Part shown: one piece after another, positions 10,188 through 19,532 of the stretch
How the letters are laid out: each line of letters opens with the position of its first letter
How positions within the stretch are numbered: the first letter of the stretch is position 1
NCBI GenBank assembly: GCA_965248755.1
Contig: OZ252149.1
Coordinates: 1,056,001 to 1,120,000 of the forward strand
From: Candidatus Latescibacterota bacterium
GTDB lineage: Bacteria; Latescibacterota; CBDEFO01
Length of the DNA: 64,000 bases
Direction of reading: 5' to 3'
The notes under the pieces: generated by a model
What the model was told of the DNA's origin: nothing
Databases searched by the model: none
Seen by the model: the letters and a program-made list of their open reading frames with translations, nothing else
Position numbers and translations under genes: made by a program

Positions 10188-11156
10188 TTGAGGATCTCAA
10201 GGGCACTTTTAGGAATATTTCTTCTTGCCGTCCCGGTTTCCTCCACGGAGTCGGCGACCGACCAATCTTCAAAGTCGATCCCCGATTTAATCGGGGGCGA
10301 CTCCGTGTGGAAAGGGGAGGCGTCCGAACTGATAGGTGTATTCTATCACGGAGCGGACCCTACTCTTGCAAAAAGGGTGCTCGATGAAGCAAAGTTGAGT
10401 CTGATAGACGTATCTGAAAGGATAGGGACAGACTCATACGGATATACCAAGATATATCTGCCCTCGTCCGACGAGGAATTCGAGACGATAACAGGCGGAG
10501 CCATACCCGAGTGGGGAGCAGGTTGCGCATTCCCCCAGGATAGCCTTATCATCTTAAAGCCCAAGGCTATAGGTGCGGGGAATATGCGAGAAATTTTGAC
10601 TCACGAGCTAACGCACGTAGTGCTGGAACGTACCCTCAAAGAAAAATGGTCCGACCACTCAGTGAGAGTCCCACGATGGTTCAACGAGGGCCTGGCTATG
10701 TACCTTTCAGGGGAATGGAGGTTAGGTCAGAGTGTTAGTATGGCTTTCGCTGCTCTGACCGGGGGGATTATTCCACTGGACAAGATAGATTCGGTTCTGA
10801 CATTTTCATCCTCCAAAGCACAACAGGCTTATATGCAAAGCTTCCTTGCCGCCTTATATCTTGTAAAGCTTTCAGATGAAGATGTCTTCAGGCGACTTGT
10901 GGCAGAGATGACTGCTGGAGCTACGTTCGAGCAGGCGATAGTAAGTGTGTTAGGCATATCGCTTGATGAGTTTGAACGGGGATGGAGAAGATATTTGGAA
11001 GACAGATTCGGCTTCGTGTCCTTGGCTACAGATTCGTTCACGCTGTGGGTAGGCATGAGTCTGCTCTTTATACTGGTATATGCGCTGAAAAAAATGAGAG
11101 CAAAAAGGATCATGAAAGGGTGGGAGATGGAGGATAATAGAGAAGCGGGATACTAA
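10188..11156 (+). CDS. Peptidase MA-like zinc metalloprotease, membrane anchored
   Basis: HELTH and PRWFNEGLA motifs, signal peptide, C-terminal TM. Confidence 0.8.
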   Translation: MRISRALLGIFLLAVPVSSTESATDQSSKSIPDLIGGDSVWKGEASELIGVFYHGADPTLAKRVLDEAKLSLIDVSERIGTDSYGYTKIYLPSSDEEFETITGGAIPEWGAGCAFPQDSLIILKPKAIGAGNMREILTHELTHVVLERTLKEKWSDHSVRVPRWFNEGLAMYLSGEWRLGQSVSMAFAALTGGIIPLDKIDSVLTFSSSKAQQAYMQSFLAALYLVKLSDEDVFRRLVAEMTAGATFEQAIVSVLGISLDEFERGWRRYLEDRFGFVSLATDSFTLWVGMSLLFILVYALKKMRAKRIMKGWEMEDNREAGY

Positions 11157-11205
11157 AGATTAAGACGAAAGACGAGATCGGCTCTCTGCAGACCGCCGTG
11201 CAACC

Positions 11206-12138
11206 ATGTCTGTAAAATATTTAGCCGAATATATAGGTGTCGAAGTTCTAAAAGCCCTGGCAAACGTCCTCCCACTCAAAGCGGCCCTGTTCTTCGGAGC
11301 GATCTTGGGAGACCTCTCGTTCTATGTGATAGGAATCAGAAAGAAGATCGTATTTCAGAACCTAAAAAGGGCGTTCGAAACTGAGAAGAGCGACAGGGAA
11401 CTGAAAGATATAGCAAGGGGCACGTACAGGAACTTCGGCCGGACTCTGATCGAATTCCTGAGGCTCCCGTATATGGATAAGGATGAGATCAATAGGTCCG
11501 TCAGATTCATCAATTTTGAAAAAGCAAAGGAAGCTTCCAGCTTAAAAAGAGGGGTCATCTTAGTGCTAGGGCACTTCGGGAATTGGGAGATAACTGGAGC
11601 GGCGATCTGTAATTTAGGTTATCCTCTATCTGTACTGACAGCTCCCATGAAGAACGAATTGGTGGAGCGTATCGTTGTACACCATAGAGAGGCGGTCGGG
11701 TTAAAGGTGATTCCGAGGGGGAGTAGTTCAGTTAAGGAGGTCTTTAAGGCCTTAAGGCGTGGAGAGTTCGTGGGCTTTCTGTCCGATCAGGACGCCGGTC
11801 CCGATGGTGTGTTCGTGAACTTTTTTGATAAGTGCGTATCGGCCCCTCCCGGACCGGCGGCAATAGCTCTGAAGAGAAATATCCCTCTTGTGCTCTGTTT
11901 TCCGATAAGACAGAAAGGGGGGAGACACAGGGTAATAGTCGAAGGCCCGATATATCCGTCTGAGTTCGCAGGGTCAAAGCACGGCATAAGGGAATTAACG
12001 CAGAAATATACATCTGTTCTGGAGGAGTACATAAGGAAATATCCAGATCACTGGCTGTGGATGCACAGAAGGTGGAAGAGCAGTAGACAGGCCCCCGATA
12101 GATTCAATCGGGGGCAGGGCGCCTCCCCTCCCCCCTGA
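11206..12138 (+). CDS. Lipid A biosynthesis (HtrB/LpxL-family) acyltransferase
   Basis: GHFGNWE, LSDQD, PDHWLWMHRRWK. Confidence 0.9.
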   Translation: MSVKYLAEYIGVEVLKALANVLPLKAALFFGAILGDLSFYVIGIRKKIVFQNLKRAFETEKSDRELKDIARGTYRNFGRTLIEFLRLPYMDKDEINRSVRFINFEKAKEASSLKRGVILVLGHFGNWEITGAAICNLGYPLSVLTAPMKNELVERIVVHHREAVGLKVIPRGSSSVKEVFKALRRGEFVGFLSDQDAGPDGVFVNFFDKCVSAPPGPAAIALKRNIPLVLCFPIRQKGGRHRVIVEGPIYPSEFAGSKHGIRELTQKYTSVLEEYIRKYPDHWLWMHRRWKSSRQAPDRFNRGQGASPPP

Positions 12139-12167
12139 CTACTGCCTACCGTCTATCAGGAGGAAGG

Positions 12168-12767
12168 ATGATTATAGGCGTTACGGGAGGGATAGGTTCG
12201 GGGAAGACGACAGTATCTGGCCTCTTTGAGAAGATGTCTGCGTTTACGGTGGACGCTGATCGAGTCGGAAGGGAAGTGGCCGAGGATCAAAAGATTCTGT
12301 CGAAACTTGTCGAAGCCTTCGGCCCTGACATCCTGGATCAAGACGGAAAGCTTGTTAGGAGAAAGTTGGGTCGTCTGGCCTTTTCCAGCCCCAAGAGGCA
12401 TCAGAAGCTCAACGAGATAGTCCATCCGCCGCTCGTAAACAGGTTATGGAAGACGGTCGAAAAGGCGTTAGACGAAAACCCCCACAGGCCTGTGGTTATA
12501 GATGCTGCCCTCATAGTCGAATGGGGAGAGTTGGAAAGGTTCGATGTTCTGGTAGTAGTCGCGGCGGATGAGGATAAGGTTAAAGAACGATTCCTCGAAG
12601 ATACCAGGTTATCTGCCGAGGAGGTAGATGAAAGATTAAGGGCACAGCTACCCCTGAGAGAGAAACTTCAAGTGGCGGACTATGTGATATACAACAATGG
12701 ATCCACGGAGGATTTGGGAAAAGAGGTATCCAGGGTGTGGAATAAGATAATGTCTCAAGGGGGATAA
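12168..12767 (+). CDS. coaE: Dephospho-CoA kinase
   Basis: IGVTGGIGSGKTTV, DAD, LNEIVHP. Confidence 0.95.
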   Translation: MIIGVTGGIGSGKTTVSGLFEKMSAFTVDADRVGREVAEDQKILSKLVEAFGPDILDQDGKLVRRKLGRLAFSSPKRHQKLNEIVHPPLVNRLWKTVEKALDENPHRPVVIDAALIVEWGELERFDVLVVVAADEDKVKERFLEDTRLSAEEVDERLRAQLPLREKLQVADYVIYNNGSTEDLGKEVSRVWNKIMSQGG

Positions 12768-12773
12768 CGACTT

Positions 12774-13469
12774 ATGAGCAAAGTCATTGCATCCTGGAGC
12801 GGTGGGAAAGACAGCTGTTTAGCCTGCTATAAAGCCATGCTCACGGGCTGTAAGGTTTCCTATCTTGTAAATACGATCTCCCAAGAATTTCGGCGAGTGC
12901 GATTTCACGGCACACAGGACATACTTATCCAGAAACAGGCAGGAGCAATCGGCATTCCGCTCTTACAAAGGGAAACCACCGCTTGTGGCTATGAAGCAGA
13001 GTTTAAGGAGACCCTTGGAAGCGTCATCCCCGAAGGTATAGATGGCGTGGTCTTTGGGGACATCCACCTGCAGCACTGCCTACAGTGGGCCAAGAAGATC
13101 TGTGGAGAACTCGGCGTTGGCGCTATCGAACCCCTGTGGGGCCTGAGTCCTGAGGAAATTCTTTTAGACTTTATTGACTCAGGCTTTGAAGCGATTGTCG
13201 TCAGCGCTCAAGCGAATCTCCTCGGAAAAGAGTGGATCGGACGCATACTGGACAAAGCATTCCTTGAAGACATAAAAGGATACAAAGATATCGATGTCTG
13301 CGGAGAAAACGGCGAATATCATACGCTTGTGACCGACGGACCGCTGTTCAGAGAGAGAATAGACATTTGTGAATCCCAGGAAGTTCTAATAGACGGTTAC
13401 TGGTTTTTGGATATTTGCAAGTATCAGTTCCTCCACAAGGCTCCTTTACCCGCCCCTGAACGTTCCTAA
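12774..13469 (+). CDS. Diphthine-ammonia-ligase-like PP-loop ATPase (MJ0570 family)
   Basis: SWSGGKDS, VFGDI, CGENGEYHT. Confidence 0.88.
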   Translation: MSKVIASWSGGKDSCLACYKAMLTGCKVSYLVNTISQEFRRVRFHGTQDILIQKQAGAIGIPLLQRETTACGYEAEFKETLGSVIPEGIDGVVFGDIHLQHCLQWAKKICGELGVGAIEPLWGLSPEEILLDFIDSGFEAIVVSAQANLLGKEWIGRILDKAFLEDIKGYKDIDVCGENGEYHTLVTDGPLFRERIDICESQEVLIDGYWFLDICKYQFLHKAPLPAPERS

Positions 13470-13485
13470 ATCGAGGTGCGAAAGA

Positions 13486-13611
13486 TTGTACTGCAAAAGA
13501 TGCGGATATAAGATGACGGAGCAAAAGCGCAGCTTCCACAAGCGTAGAAAGTGGATATGTCGAAGATGCGGTGCTGTGAGGATGCAGACTCAGCGATCTA
13601 ATTCCAGATAA
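13486..13611 (+). CDS. 41-aa basic zinc-ribbon microprotein (not in ORF track)
   Basis: GAGGTG RBS then TTG; MYCKRCGYKMTEQKRSFHKRRKWICRRCGAVRMQTQRSNSR has two CxxCG motifs and fills the gap before tpiA. Confidence 0.7.
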   Translation: MYCKRCGYKMTEQKRSFHKRRKWICRRCGAVRMQTQRSNSR

Positions 13612-13635
13612 AGGGAAAATTTGAGGAGAAAAGGC

Positions 13636-14394
13636 ATGTCAAGGATCCCCGTAATAGGCGGGAACTGGAAGATGAATAAGCTTGTGGGAGAGGCAGTAGA
13701 GACATCAAAAAAGATCGTGGACTTAGTGAAGGATGTAAGTGACAATGCAGAGGTTTTCATTGCCCCCCCCCTTACGGCTTTGGATGCGGTAGGCAAGGTA
13801 ATAAAGGGATCAAACGTCGGTTTAGGAGCCCAGGACCTGTTCTGGGAGGAGGAAGGAGCCTTCACAGGAGAAGTGTCACCGTCTATGCTTGAAGATATTG
13901 GATGTACCTATGTGATAGCGGGTCACAGCGAGAGGAGACAATATTTCAAAGAAAGCAATGATGAGGTCAATAAGAAGGTTATGGCTATATTGAGACATAA
14001 CCTGACCCCTGTTATGTGCATCGGCGAAAAGTTGGAGGAGAGAGAAGAAGGAAAAACGTTCGATGTGGTGAGGGATCACATGTCGAACGGGTTGGCAGGG
14101 ATCTCCTCTGATGAGGTCAAAAAACTTGTGATAGCCTACGAGCCGGTCTGGGCTATCGGAACGGGCAAGACAGCGACGCCCCAACAGGCCGAGGAGATGC
14201 ACTTCCACATAAGAAACCTGCTTTCAGAGATATACGATAGTGATACAGCCGACGCAGTGAGAATAATCTACGGAGGGAGCGTCAAGCCTGATAATATATC
14301 GGACTTGATGGAGGAGGATAATATAGACGGCGGGCTGATAGGCGGAGCCTCACTCGACCCCGAATCTTTCTCAAAGATCGTTCATTTTCAGTAA
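13636..14394 (+). CDS. tpiA: Triosephosphate isomerase
   Basis: GNWKMN, GHSERR, AYEPVWAIGTG, YGGSV, GGAS. Confidence 0.97.
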   Translation: MSRIPVIGGNWKMNKLVGEAVETSKKIVDLVKDVSDNAEVFIAPPLTALDAVGKVIKGSNVGLGAQDLFWEEEGAFTGEVSPSMLEDIGCTYVIAGHSERRQYFKESNDEVNKKVMAILRHNLTPVMCIGEKLEEREEGKTFDVVRDHMSNGLAGISSDEVKKLVIAYEPVWAIGTGKTATPQQAEEMHFHIRNLLSEIYDSDTADAVRIIYGGSVKPDNISDLMEEDNIDGGLIGGASLDPESFSKIVHFQ

Positions 14395-14396
14395 TA

Positions 14397-14777
14397 ATGC
14401 GACCTGCGCGGATGACAGTTATAGAAAAGTTATTCTGGGGTGTCTTCACTTTTGTCTTTATTACTCCGTTGTGCGGGTTTATCTTCAGATGCGGATGCAC
14501 CTGGCTCTGGTCAGGGGCAGTGTCTTGCTGTAATATAAACCATCCTCAGACACCGAATTGTCCCTGGTGTACAGCCTCTGAACGGGTTTTTCTCTTTCTT
14601 CCGGGAGTGATAGTATTCTTGGGACAGATAAAAATTGTATCTAAGGTCACCAACAGATTCGGAAAGCCCACAGGATTCATATCGGGATTAGCGGCTTTTG
14701 TGATACTGGGAATATTGGTAGGCTTCATTTACAATCTAAATGTTGATTATCCATATTTTCTGTGGTGGAGCATATAG
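14397..14777 (+). CDS. Small Cys-rich membrane protein
   Basis: Three hydrophobic segments; CGC, CC and CPWC motifs; directly follows tpiA. Confidence 0.6.
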   Translation: MRPARMTVIEKLFWGVFTFVFITPLCGFIFRCGCTWLWSGAVSCCNINHPQTPNCPWCTASERVFLFLPGVIVFLGQIKIVSKVTNRFGKPTGFISGLAAFVILGILVGFIYNLNVDYPYFLWWSI

Positions 14778-14856
14778 GTAACACCAAATGTAAAAACTCC
14801 GACCTAAAGGCCGAAGCTTTCCACCTACTGAAAATTCTCTTTGAATCCCTGATGGA

Positions 14857-14958
14857 TTATAACAGGGCAACGATGTTGCTGTTGACATACACCATACACG
14901 ATGTACACACAATCAGACTTATACCTTTTATCAACATTAGTAATGTCACAGTTGTCAC
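14857..14958 (-). CDS. 33-aa hydrophobic peptide, copy 1 (MTTVTLLMLIKGISLIVCTSCMVYVNSNIVALL)
   Basis: GGAGGTGA RBS and GTG start; paralog of 15049..15144 with frame and stop position conserved. Confidence 0.65.
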   Translation of the reverse strand: MTTVTLLMLIKGISLIVCTSCMVYVNSNIVALL

Positions 14959-15048
14959 AGTCTTTCACCTCCCTCAAATGATTTAAAGTTGAATTGTCTG
15001 TGTTTCGTGCCGCTCAATAATATTACAGCAATCTACAAACCTGATGGG

Positions 15049-15144
15049 TTAGAACAGGGTAGCGACGCTGTTGTAGGCATACATCTCAAACGCTGCTACT
15101 GCCACAATCAGACTTATACCTTCTATTAGCATTAGTAATTTCAC
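15049..15144 (-). CDS. 31-aa hydrophobic peptide, copy 2 (MKLLMLIEGISLIVAVAAFEMYAYNSVATLF)
   Basis: GAGGTGA RBS and GTG start; same 5' UTR as copy 1. Confidence 0.65.
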   Translation of the reverse strand: MKLLMLIEGISLIVAVAAFEMYAYNSVATLF

Positions 15145-15228
15145 GGTCTTTCACCTCTCTTATATGATTTAAAGTTTGAATTGTCTGTGTTCTGTATTAC
15201 CAATTTTAAGTCTATCTGCACTTTCAGC

Positions 15229-15388
15229 TTGACGAAGAGACGACCTTTGCTTAATTTTCATATTAATTGTCGGCTAGAAATTCACCAACATATTGTTTTG
15301 CTTGCATTAATTTGACAGTTTCGGCACAAAGTAGGGAACTATCCTACATTGGGAGTTCCCCGACGGGTTATGTGCGAAACTGTTTTTT
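15229..15388 (+). promoter_or_regulatory. Sigma70-like promoter and long leader hairpin with U-tract upstream of the ABC gene
   Basis: TTGACG-17-TAATTT; acagtttcggcac...gtgcgaaactgt stem with inner gggaact/agttccc, followed by TTTTT. Confidence 0.5.
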
Positions 15389-15409
15389 AGTAGGGACAAG
15401 AATAAAAAA

Positions 15410-17641
15410 ATGAACAATGATCTTATAGTCCTCTCTTCTCAAGATGGAATCCCAAAGACCATCCGGGAGCGCCTCGACCAAGCCCAGATAGAAGAGGATG
15501 ACATCCTTATCGCCGCAGAGGGAGACCTCAGCCAGCACGGCCAGATGACCTGCGTCTGGCTTGTGGCTACCTCGGAACAGGTGGCCGCTATAGCGGAATC
15601 ACCAGAAGTTCCCATAGTCGGACCCTTCAAGTTCAAAGAGACAGAGAACTTTAAACTTCGAAGCACTGTGGGGAGCACCTGCCTTCAGACTTCAGTGGAC
15701 GGGCTTCACCTGGATCTGGTTCGCTTCTCCAACGGCTATCGGGAGCGATTCGGTAGGGTCCTTTCACAGCTTAAACGTCTCAAAGATAACAGGGATATTC
15801 AAAAGGAGGCCCTGCTTGCACCCGATCCAAACGTCTGTCCCGAATGTGGCTTAACGCTTCCTGATGCCAACGCTCCCTGTCCGAAATGCATAAAGCAGGG
15901 AGCGGTTCTGTTCAGGATCATAAAGATGATGCGGGGACACTTGATGTGGGCGCTTGTCCTTTTCCTGTTGGTGCTTGCGGGGATCGGTATGGATATGCTC
16001 CCTCCATATTTGACGAAGATACTGGTAGATGACGTCCTGACAGAGCGGACTCACACGGAGTGGCTACTGCTCATAGTGGCGGCGCTGGCAGGGGCGCATG
16101 TTTTCAGAAATTCAGTGAATATCCTCATAAGCCGCCTTTCCAGCAAGGTGGGCACGCAGATTGCATACGATGTCAGGAAAGAGCTCTTTGACAAGCTCCA
16201 GAGTATGTCCGTGGACTACTACGACAAGATGCAGGCGGGAGACTTAATGAGCCGCGTAAGTCAGGACGTAGAGGAACTACGGGGATTTATAGATGAAGCC
16301 ACCCAGGGATTCCTCGTCAATATAATCCTCATCTTTGCCATAGGAGGGATGCTCTTTCATCTCAACGAGAGCCTTGCTTTCTACATACTGATCCCCATCC
16401 CGTTTGTCATACTTGGGACAGTAGTCTTCTGGCGATACATCTATCCCAAACAATTCAAGATCCGGGACAGCCGGTCCAAGTTCTCCTCGATGCTGTACGG
16501 CGTCCTCTCCGGGATCCGTCTGGTCAAGGCGTTTGCCCAGGAAGATAGGGAAAAGAGTCGCTTTCTCAATAGAATCGGGTATCTGAGGGATAGCAGGCGC
16601 ACAGTGGAAATGAGCAGTGGGACGTTCTACCCTATTATGGCTTTTGTATTTAGTCTCGGTGGACTCATCGTATGGTACGTCGGCGGGAAAGACGTCCTGG
16701 AGGATAAGATAACACTGGGGACCCTGATGGCGTTTTTAGGTTACATAGGGATGTTCTACAGTCCACTATCCAGACTCACTCAGTTTTCCAACTGGCTGAC
16801 GGCCTTCATGACTTCAAGCCAGCGCATCTTTGAGATATTAGATACAGAACCAGGAATCAAAGATAATCCAGATGCCGAACCTATGCCGGAGGTTAAAGGC
16901 GACATAGAATTTGACAACGTCGTCTTCGGATACGATCCCTACAATCCCGTTACAAAAGGCATCTCCATCTCCATAAAGTCAGGAACGATGATAGGAATAG
17001 TGGGCAAGAGCGGAAGCGGCAAGACTACGCTCATAAACCTTTTGTGCAGGTTTTACGATGCTCAGGAGGGTTCTGTACGCATAGACGGCAAGGATGTAAG
17101 AGACATATCAAGTCATGACCTCAGAAGCCACATTGGGCTTGTGCTCCAGGAGCCTTTTCTGATCCGGGCAAGCGTGGCGGGAAACATCGCCTACAGCAAG
17201 CCGGGCGCAACTCCAGAGGAGATAATAAACGCCGCCAAAGCCGCCAACGCCCATGACTTCATAATGCGTCTCCCATCCGGATACGACACTATGTTGGGGG
17301 AAAGAGGATCGGGGCTTTCAGGAGGAGAGCGTCAGCGCGTATCAATCGCCCGTGCCCTTCTCTGCGATCCCGCCATCCTTATTCTGGACGAAGCCACCTC
17401 CAGCGTGGATACAGAATCGGAGCGACAGATACAGGAGGCTTTAAGTGTGCTTTCCAAAGGTCGTACGACCATAGCTATTGCTCACAGGCTCTCCACTTTA
17501 AGAGGTGCCGATCATATCTACGTCATAGACAACGGGATGTTAGCCGAACACGGCGATCACAATGAACTTATGGCAAAGGGGGGCATCTACAGTAGATTGG
17601 TTCGAATCCAGACCGATCTTGCGGCTATTGAATCTGATTAA
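15410..17641 (+). CDS. ABC exporter (TMD + NBD) with N-terminal extension carrying a CxxC...CxxC motif
   Basis: GKSGSGKT, LSGGERQR, ILDEATS, IAHRLST; CPECG...CPKC before the TM region. Confidence 0.92.
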   Translation: MNNDLIVLSSQDGIPKTIRERLDQAQIEEDDILIAAEGDLSQHGQMTCVWLVATSEQVAAIAESPEVPIVGPFKFKETENFKLRSTVGSTCLQTSVDGLHLDLVRFSNGYRERFGRVLSQLKRLKDNRDIQKEALLAPDPNVCPECGLTLPDANAPCPKCIKQGAVLFRIIKMMRGHLMWALVLFLLVLAGIGMDMLPPYLTKILVDDVLTERTHTEWLLLIVAALAGAHVFRNSVNILISRLSSKVGTQIAYDVRKELFDKLQSMSVDYYDKMQAGDLMSRVSQDVEELRGFIDEATQGFLVNIILIFAIGGMLFHLNESLAFYILIPIPFVILGTVVFWRYIYPKQFKIRDSRSKFSSMLYGVLSGIRLVKAFAQEDREKSRFLNRIGYLRDSRRTVEMSSGTFYPIMAFVFSLGGLIVWYVGGKDVLEDKITLGTLMAFLGYIGMFYSPLSRLTQFSNWLTAFMTSSQRIFEILDTEPGIKDNPDAEPMPEVKGDIEFDNVVFGYDPYNPVTKGISISIKSGTMIGIVGKSGSGKTTLINLLCRFYDAQEGSVRIDGKDVRDISSHDLRSHIGLVLQEPFLIRASVAGNIAYSKPGATPEEIINAAKAANAHDFIMRLPSGYDTMLGERGSGLSGGERQRVSIARALLCDPAILILDEATSSVDTESERQIQEALSVLSKGRTTIAIAHRLSTLRGADHIYVIDNGMLAEHGDHNELMAKGGIYSRLVRIQTDLAAIESD

Positions 17642-17667
17642 GACCAAAGAATCGGAGAAAAAGGGAG

Positions 17668-18255
17668 ATGATAGAAATCCACCGACCGAGGACGGGGCTA
17701 TACATACTAACCCCCGAAAACTGCGAAATTTTCAAGGGCATCTTCAGTCTGCTTCACACCCACGTCAAGGATGAAGATGGTCCGGGAGAACTCTACAGAG
17801 GGGTCTTTGCTGTCTTGGCCTTTCCCGTGTCCTCTCCCGATCGTTATATTTCTCTGCGTTATCACGACGAGAACAATAAAGAAAATGAGATAGGGGTTAT
17901 AATAGACCCTAAACCCTTTTCAAGGGAGGCTCAGGAACTCCTCCTTGAGTCCTTATCGCGTCACTACTTTGAGTATGAAATAACAAAGATTTACAACGTA
18001 GAATGGAAATATGGACTCCTCTTTTTCGATGTGGAGACACAGCAGGGGCGGCGCGGCCGCTTTGATGGGAAGCAAACAAGCCACGAAAGTGGCAGAAGAC
18101 AGTTTGAGATGCTCTGGCAGCACAATAAGACTCAAGATCACGGCGATAAAGGCAAGATCCTTCTGGATGTCCTCGATAATCGCTACGTAATTCCCGATTT
18201 TGAAAAACTGCCTCGAGAGGATTTACAAAAACTGACGCGGTATATTTACTGGTAG
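17668..18255 (+). CDS. DUF1854-family protein
   Basis: AFPVSSPDRYISL, EIGVI, FFDVET, DNRYVIPD; usual partner of this ABC subfamily. Confidence 0.75.
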   Translation: MIEIHRPRTGLYILTPENCEIFKGIFSLLHTHVKDEDGPGELYRGVFAVLAFPVSSPDRYISLRYHDENNKENEIGVIIDPKPFSREAQELLLESLSRHYFEYEITKIYNVEWKYGLLFFDVETQQGRRGRFDGKQTSHESGRRQFEMLWQHNKTQDHGDKGKILLDVLDNRYVIPDFEKLPREDLQKLTRYIYW

Positions 18256-18495
18256 GTGCTCTGCCCGGAATATCCTTCCTCTACTTCTATTCATATTAAG
18301 AGCTTCCTCTATATTGTCTCTCCGTACTCTGATCTATACACAAGATCCAGTGGATTAAGTGTCGGTTCAAAATAGTCAGGACGAGCTTAGGAGAGTACTC
18401 AGCTTACCATGGAAGAGGGCACTGTCTCCGAGATTACTTGGCGGACCCTGAGCAACCCTTCGCTTGGCTCTCGGCTAAAGGCTCTGGGTTTCCCC

Positions 18496-18610
18496 TGTAG
18501 ACTTAATCTGGCACAAGCTTCATAGTCACATAAGCGTTCAAGAAGGTCCTGGATAAAGCGGGTGCCATCTTGACAAAACGTCGTATCTTTACTTCTGAGT
18601 TCAAGCTTGA
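18496..18610 (+). mobile_element. IS3-family left-end remnant
   Basis: TG-starting end followed by the OrfA-like start TKRRIFTSEFKL, then truncated. Confidence 0.4.
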
Positions 18611-18653
18611 CGGAAATCGGCCAGCGCGGAATTACGCTTCATCGTCTTAGTTC

Positions 18654-19532
18654 TTAGCGAAGCGCTTCGCAGAGTTCTTCAAAGGTGTCCGCTACGAATA
18701 CTCCCGCCTCACGCAGGGCCTTCGCCTTGCCTCGAACGGAGCCGCGTCCTCCTTCGACAATCACTGCGGCATGTCCGAACCGCATGCCTTCCATATCATC
18801 CACGAAACGGCCGGACAAAAATGCGATGATGTGCAGTCGACTCGGCTTCTTCCTTAGCCGCTCTGCCAGCTCCTCCTCCGCGGAGCCGCCGGGTTCCCCA
18901 TAGATAACGACGGAGTCCGTGCGCGGATCGTCTTCGAGCAGTTCGATAAGATCTCTGAAATCGGAACCGACAATCGAGTCCCCACCAACACCGATCGCTA
19001 TGCTCTGGCCGATGCCGCGACTCGATAAGTAGCTGGCGATCTCCGTAGTCATGCCCCCGCTACGGGAGAGGATGGCTACACGACCCGGAGTGAACGAACG
19101 GCGTGTATTGTCGATGCGCCCTCCGATGGTGCCCAGTTTGACGATGTTCGGACGGATGAGCCCAAGCGTATTGGGGCCGATGACTCTGCAGCCCGCGTCC
19201 CCTGCCGCGACCAGTAATCTGCTCGTGTCCAGGCGCGGTACCCGTTCGGTCATGATCATACAGAGCCGAATACCGGCTGAGAGGGTTTCTAATGCTGCGT
19301 CCAGCACGGCGGGAGCCGGCACGGAGATGATGCTGACGGTCGGATGCCACCGATCGACGGCCTCCGCAACCGTATCGTACACAGGCACCCCATGAACGCT
19401 CTGTCCGCCCTTTCCGGGCGTTACACCGGCCACAATTCTGCTCCCGTAGGCCAGCGAGTCCTCCACCATCCCCCTCGCCTCTCTGCCTGTGATTCCCTGA
19501 ACGACAATTCCCGCCTGTGGGTCAAGCAACAT
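18654..19532 (-). CDS. Succinate/malate-CoA ligase alpha subunit-like
   Basis: VQGITG, GVTPGKGG, GPNTLG, SRSGG, FGHAA phospho-His. Confidence 0.88.
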   Translation of the reverse strand: MLLDPQAGIVVQGITGREARGMVEDSLAYGSRIVAGVTPGKGGQSVHGVPVYDTVAEAVDRWHPTVSIISVPAPAVLDAALETLSAGIRLCMIMTERVPRLDTSRLLVAAGDAGCRVIGPNTLGLIRPNIVKLGTIGGRIDNTRRSFTPGRVAILSRSGGMTTEIASYLSSRGIGQSIAIGVGGDSIVGSDFRDLIELLEDDPRTDSVVIYGEPGGSAEEELAERLRKKPSRLHIIAFLSGRFVDDMEGMRFGHAAVIVEGGRGSVRGKAKALREAGVFVADTFEELCEALR

